Source: Alphaproteobacteria bacterium (GTDB taxonomy: Bacteria; Pseudomonadota; Alphaproteobacteria; UBA828). Taken from it: a stretch of 64,000 nt of DNA. A program made the translations under genes and the position numbers. Below the pieces are notes generated by a model, which was not told the DNA's origin, ran no database searches, and saw only the letters and a program-made list of their open reading frames with translations. Positions 61,701 to 64,000 of this stretch are shown piece after piece; positions within the stretch are counted from its first letter, which is position 1, and each line of letters starts with the position of its first letter. Location: the NCBI GenBank assembly GCA_963422645.2, contig CAXXVO010000012.1:224001-288000 (forward strand), written 5' to 3'.

Positions 61701-64000
61701 TTCCGCAAGGGACTGTCAGGCGAGCGCGTCGTCGACGGCAAGGTGGAACCGGCCGGACTTCCCGTCCTCTTCTGCTCGCCGACCATGGAACTCGGTGTCG
61801 ACATCTCCACGCTGAACGCGGTCTACATGCGCAATGTGCCGCCGACGCCCGCGAATTACGCCCAGCGAAGCGGACGCGCAGGGCGCAGCGGCCAGCCGGC
61901 GCTGGTTGTCACCTACTGCGCGGCGAGGTCGCCGCACGACCAGTATTTCTTCTCCGATCCGACCCGCATGGTAGCCGGCGCGGTCAATCCTCCGAACATC
62001 GACCTCGCCAATGAAGACCTGATCCGCAGCCATTTGCAGGCCGTCTGGCTCTCGGAAACGGGCGTCATGCTCGGCTCTTCCGTACGCGATGTGCTCGATC
62101 GGGAGAAGCCCGACAAGTTGCCTCTGCACGACGAGGTCGCGGAACAGATCGGCAGCGCCCGGGCCGTGGCCGAGGCGCAACGACGCGGGCAACGCATTCT
62201 CGCGACGCTCGGGTCCGACCTCTCTGGGCGGGCCGCGCCCTGGTACACGGACATTTGGCTCAAGAGCGCGACGAACTCCGCGGACCGCCGCTTCGATGAC
62301 GCTTTCGGCCGGTGGCGCTCGCTCTTCCGCGCGACAACGAACCAGATGAAGTTCGCCAACGATGTCGTCAACAACGCTGCAGCAACCGAACGGGAGCGCC
62401 GGGAAGCCAAGGCGCGCTACGACGAAGCGTTTACCCAGCAGAACCTGCTGCTCCACAGCAAACCGACCATGAACTCCGACTTCTACACCTACCGCTACCT
62501 GGCCGCCGAGGGGTTCCTGCCGGGCTACAACTTCCCGCGCCTGCCGCTGATGGCCTTCGTTCCCGGCCGGCGCGAGAAGGTGGCCCGGGATTCATTTCTG
62601 AGCCGGCCGCGGTTCCTCGGACTCACCGAGTTCGGCCCTCAATCCATCATCTACCACGAGGGCAGCACCTATCGCGTACGGCGCGCCATTCTATCCAGTC
62701 GCGGCGATGAGTCCGGGGTGACCGCATCGGCCAGTCTCCCGGTGCAGGCCGCCCGCATCTGTCCCGCGTGCGGCTATGGACACTTCGGCGATCAGAAGGA
62801 GTACGAGCGCTGCGTCAGCTGCGACGAACGTCTCGACAGCGGGCGCGCGATCTTGAACCTCTACCGCATCGAACAGGTGTCCACCCAGAGGGCGAACCGC
62901 ATCACCTCGGACGAGGAAGAACGCCAGCGCCAGGGTTACGAGATGGTCACGACGCTTCGCTTCAGCGAAGAGAACGGCCGGGCGCGGGTCGAGGGCGTCG
63001 CCGTCGAGGAGAACGGCGAGACGCTGCTGGAACTGCGCTACGGCCCGGCCGCCACGCTGTGGCGCATCAATCTCGGGTGGCGCCGCCGCGAGGAGAAGTC
63101 GGTCTACGGCTTCAGCGTCGATGCCAACACCGGCGAATGGACCCGCGACTCGCAGGCGCCCACCGACGCGGAAGACGATAGCGTGCGTGACGGCAAAACC
63201 GTCGAGCGTATCACGCCATACGTCGAAGACACCCGCAACGTCCTCGTTCTCCGTCCGGCGATCGACCTGACCGAGACGGCCATGGTGTCGCTGCAATACG
63301 CAATCAAGCGCGGCATCGAGCAGGAGTTCCAGCTGGAGGAAGCGGAGCTCGCCGCCGAGCCGCTCCCCGACCGCGACGACCGGAGCACGATCCTGTTCTA
63401 CGAGGCCGCCGAAGGCGGCGCGGGCGTCCTCACCCGCCTGGCCAGCGACCCCGGCGCGCTGGCGCGGATCGCCCGCAAGGCGCTCGAAGTCTGCCATTAC
63501 GCATCGCGGTCGGGAGACTGGACCGGATGGAATGACCTCGACAATCGCGACGACGAATGCGAAGCCGGCTGCTATCGATGTCTGCTCAGCTACTACAACC
63601 AGCCGGACCATCCGCAGATCGACCGGCAGGACGAGGGCATGCTCGACCTGCTCTGCCGGTTGACGCGCGGCGAACGCAGCAGCCTCGACCATACGCCGGG
63701 TGCCGGCGACAGCTTCGACGAGTTGTGGAACATCGCCGGCTCGAGTCTGGAAAAGGACTGGCTGACATACATCAGGAAGAACGGATACCGCCTGCCCGAC
63801 CGGGGACAGCCCTACCTCGAGGACTTCGATACCCGGCCCGACTTCGCGTATACCGGCGATCAGACCCTGATCTATATCGACGGACCTCACCATCGCGCGC
63901 AGCGCAAAGGAACCGAAGACGCCGAGGTGACCCGGCGGCTCGAAGACGCGGGATTCACGGTCGTGCGATTCACCGAGGACAGCGCGTCATGGGATCCTGT
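58794..64000 (+). CDS. Large DEAD/DEAH (YprA-like) helicase with DUF1998 and C-terminal Vsr-like nuclease; 3' end outside window
   Basis: Absent from the ORF track; spot translations in one frame: MDVFAFREEL, TGTGSGKS (~59130), LDELHTY, SPTMELGVD (~61780), CEAGCYRCLLSYYNQ (~63560), RPDF...IYIDGPHH (~63840). Confidence 0.9.
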   Translation, partial: MDVFAFREELVAEYERFSRSFTSIRAEDISREVDAAYAGGRFWPAPLIQLNPNFEPGGWVDDLVADGALDAECQRIFRLKHASDTFGERLLLHRHQADAIEIAKRNESYVLTTGTGSGKSLAYFIPIVDDVLRRKRAGDAGRGIAAIVVYPMNALCNSQREELEKYLRLGYGEGGEPVTFARYTGQESQEERERIAKNPPDILLTNYVMLELLMTRFHETDKAVREHAAGLRFLVLDELHTYRGRQGADVAMLVRRVRERFNERLLCIGTSATMVSEGSPEDRNVAVARIASRLFGAKVDPGNVVSETLRPVTYRDAGANGPDLRAAIERGIPATPTHDELSTHPVAAWVERKLGLEERGDRFERISRPLTILEASDALAGDSGLDAKRCRDYLANFLLTAHRSRNERGQSFFAFRLHQFISGAWNAYSTLEAPGERYLTLHGQQFKPGDRNRPLYSLCFCRACGQEYLPVWARLAGKQPQAFAPRDLSERSNDDEDIQFGYLMPDPSGMFDPADTENQYPEDWLEFRGDEPRLKSHFRRYRPHGVRVDTQGGVAADGLPAWFIPGSFRFCQNPDCDAHYDGSMRSDMTKLSGLSSEGRSSATTVLALSSLKHLIGADLDERTKKLLAFTDNRQDASLQAGHFNDFVQILLLRGALLAAIRGDVGGLLTDDLLTQEVLARLRLDAADYAANPEAKGIKAQNTLRALRDVLGYRLYFDLQRGWRITNPNLEQLKLLEIGYRGLMDCCEDEEEWCGVHPLLGSIAPERRFEIVRELLERMRRALCIKTIYLDPNFQEQIRNRSFNELKEPWGLSEDERLFSHAFMVARPGGRGRRTDYRVLNISHRSAFGRKVKSQAFWGQDNPCYPSRFDEDVYNDVVDDILRVLTTYGYVEPTDLDGDRIGFRIDSSVLEWRIADDTGADQGPANAFFRDLYENVAGLLDSDDRLLHQLEAREHTAQVDAEAREERELRFRKGLSGERVVDGKVEPAGLPVLFCSPTMELGVDISTLNAVYMRNVPPTPANYAQRSGRAGRSGQPALVVTYCAARSPHDQYFFSDPTRMVAGAVNPPNIDLANEDLIRSHLQAVWLSETGVMLGSSVRDVLDREKPDKLPLHDEVAEQIGSARAVAEAQRRGQRILATLGSDLSGRAAPWYTDIWLKSATNSADRRFDDAFGRWRSLFRATTNQMKFANDVVNNAAATERERREAKARYDEAFTQQNLLLHSKPTMNSDFYTYRYLAAEGFLPGYNFPRLPLMAFVPGRREKVARDSFLSRPRFLGLTEFGPQSIIYHEGSTYRVRRAILSSRGDESGVTASASLPVQAARICPACGYGHFGDQKEYERCVSCDERLDSGRAILNLYRIEQVSTQRANRITSDEEERQRQGYEMVTTLRFSEENGRARVEGVAVEENGETLLELRYGPAATLWRINLGWRRREEKSVYGFSVDANTGEWTRDSQAPTDAEDDSVRDGKTVERITPYVEDTRNVLVLRPAIDLTETAMVSLQYAIKRGIEQEFQLEEAELAAEPLPDRDDRSTILFYEAAEGGAGVLTRLASDPGALARIARKALEVCHYASRSGDWTGWNDLDNRDDECEAGCYRCLLSYYNQPDHPQIDRQDEGMLDLLCRLTRGERSSLDHTPGAGDSFDELWNIAGSSLEKDWLTYIRKNGYRLPDRGQPYLEDFDTRPDFAYTGDQTLIYIDGPHHRAQRKGTEDAEVTRRLEDAGFTVVRFTEDSASWDP

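Larger units (their letters stand above)
23991..64000. mobile_element. Composite genomic island of nested integrative, conjugative and IS remnants with defence cargo; right end outside window
   Basis: Abrupt switch from housekeeping genes to repressor, relaxase, integrases, ISs, TA and defence genes at the broken vapC. Confidence 0.8.

Overview
High-GC alphaproteobacterial DNA (Rhodospirillales-like by gene content; inference). Bases 1-~23,990 are chromosomal backbone: mce, tag, oxidoreductases, two ABC binding proteins, dinJ-yafQ, a catabolic cluster, proS-lolE-lolD, ubiX, GPP34/STAS and an MFS transporter. From ~23,991 to the window end is a nested mobile/defence island. It holds a CI-like repressor, a Cro::T4CP deletion chimera, a truncated MOB_F relaxase, an IS66-type element with 134-bp terminal inverted repeats and a DUF4338 passenger, and two tandem pairs of tyrosine integrases. 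It also holds a DUF499/DUF1156/PLD-SNF2 restriction-like operon with a three-gene MBL-hydrolase insert, a TauD-like dioxygenase + HEPN-like pair, a vapC, an IS21, a probable MOB_F oriT, an AbiE TA pair and a >1,700-aa DUF1998 helicase-nuclease running off the window. The most striking signal: both integrase pairs share a homologous end with a 19-bp motif, and each end sits at a break inside a conserved protein-coding motif (vapC LDTNV; relaxase helicase motif VI). At the vapC junctions the element-side DNA matches the target at codon positions 1-2 and differs at position 3; the relaxase junction looks similar. All calls are from reading sequence and motifs by eye; no searches were run.
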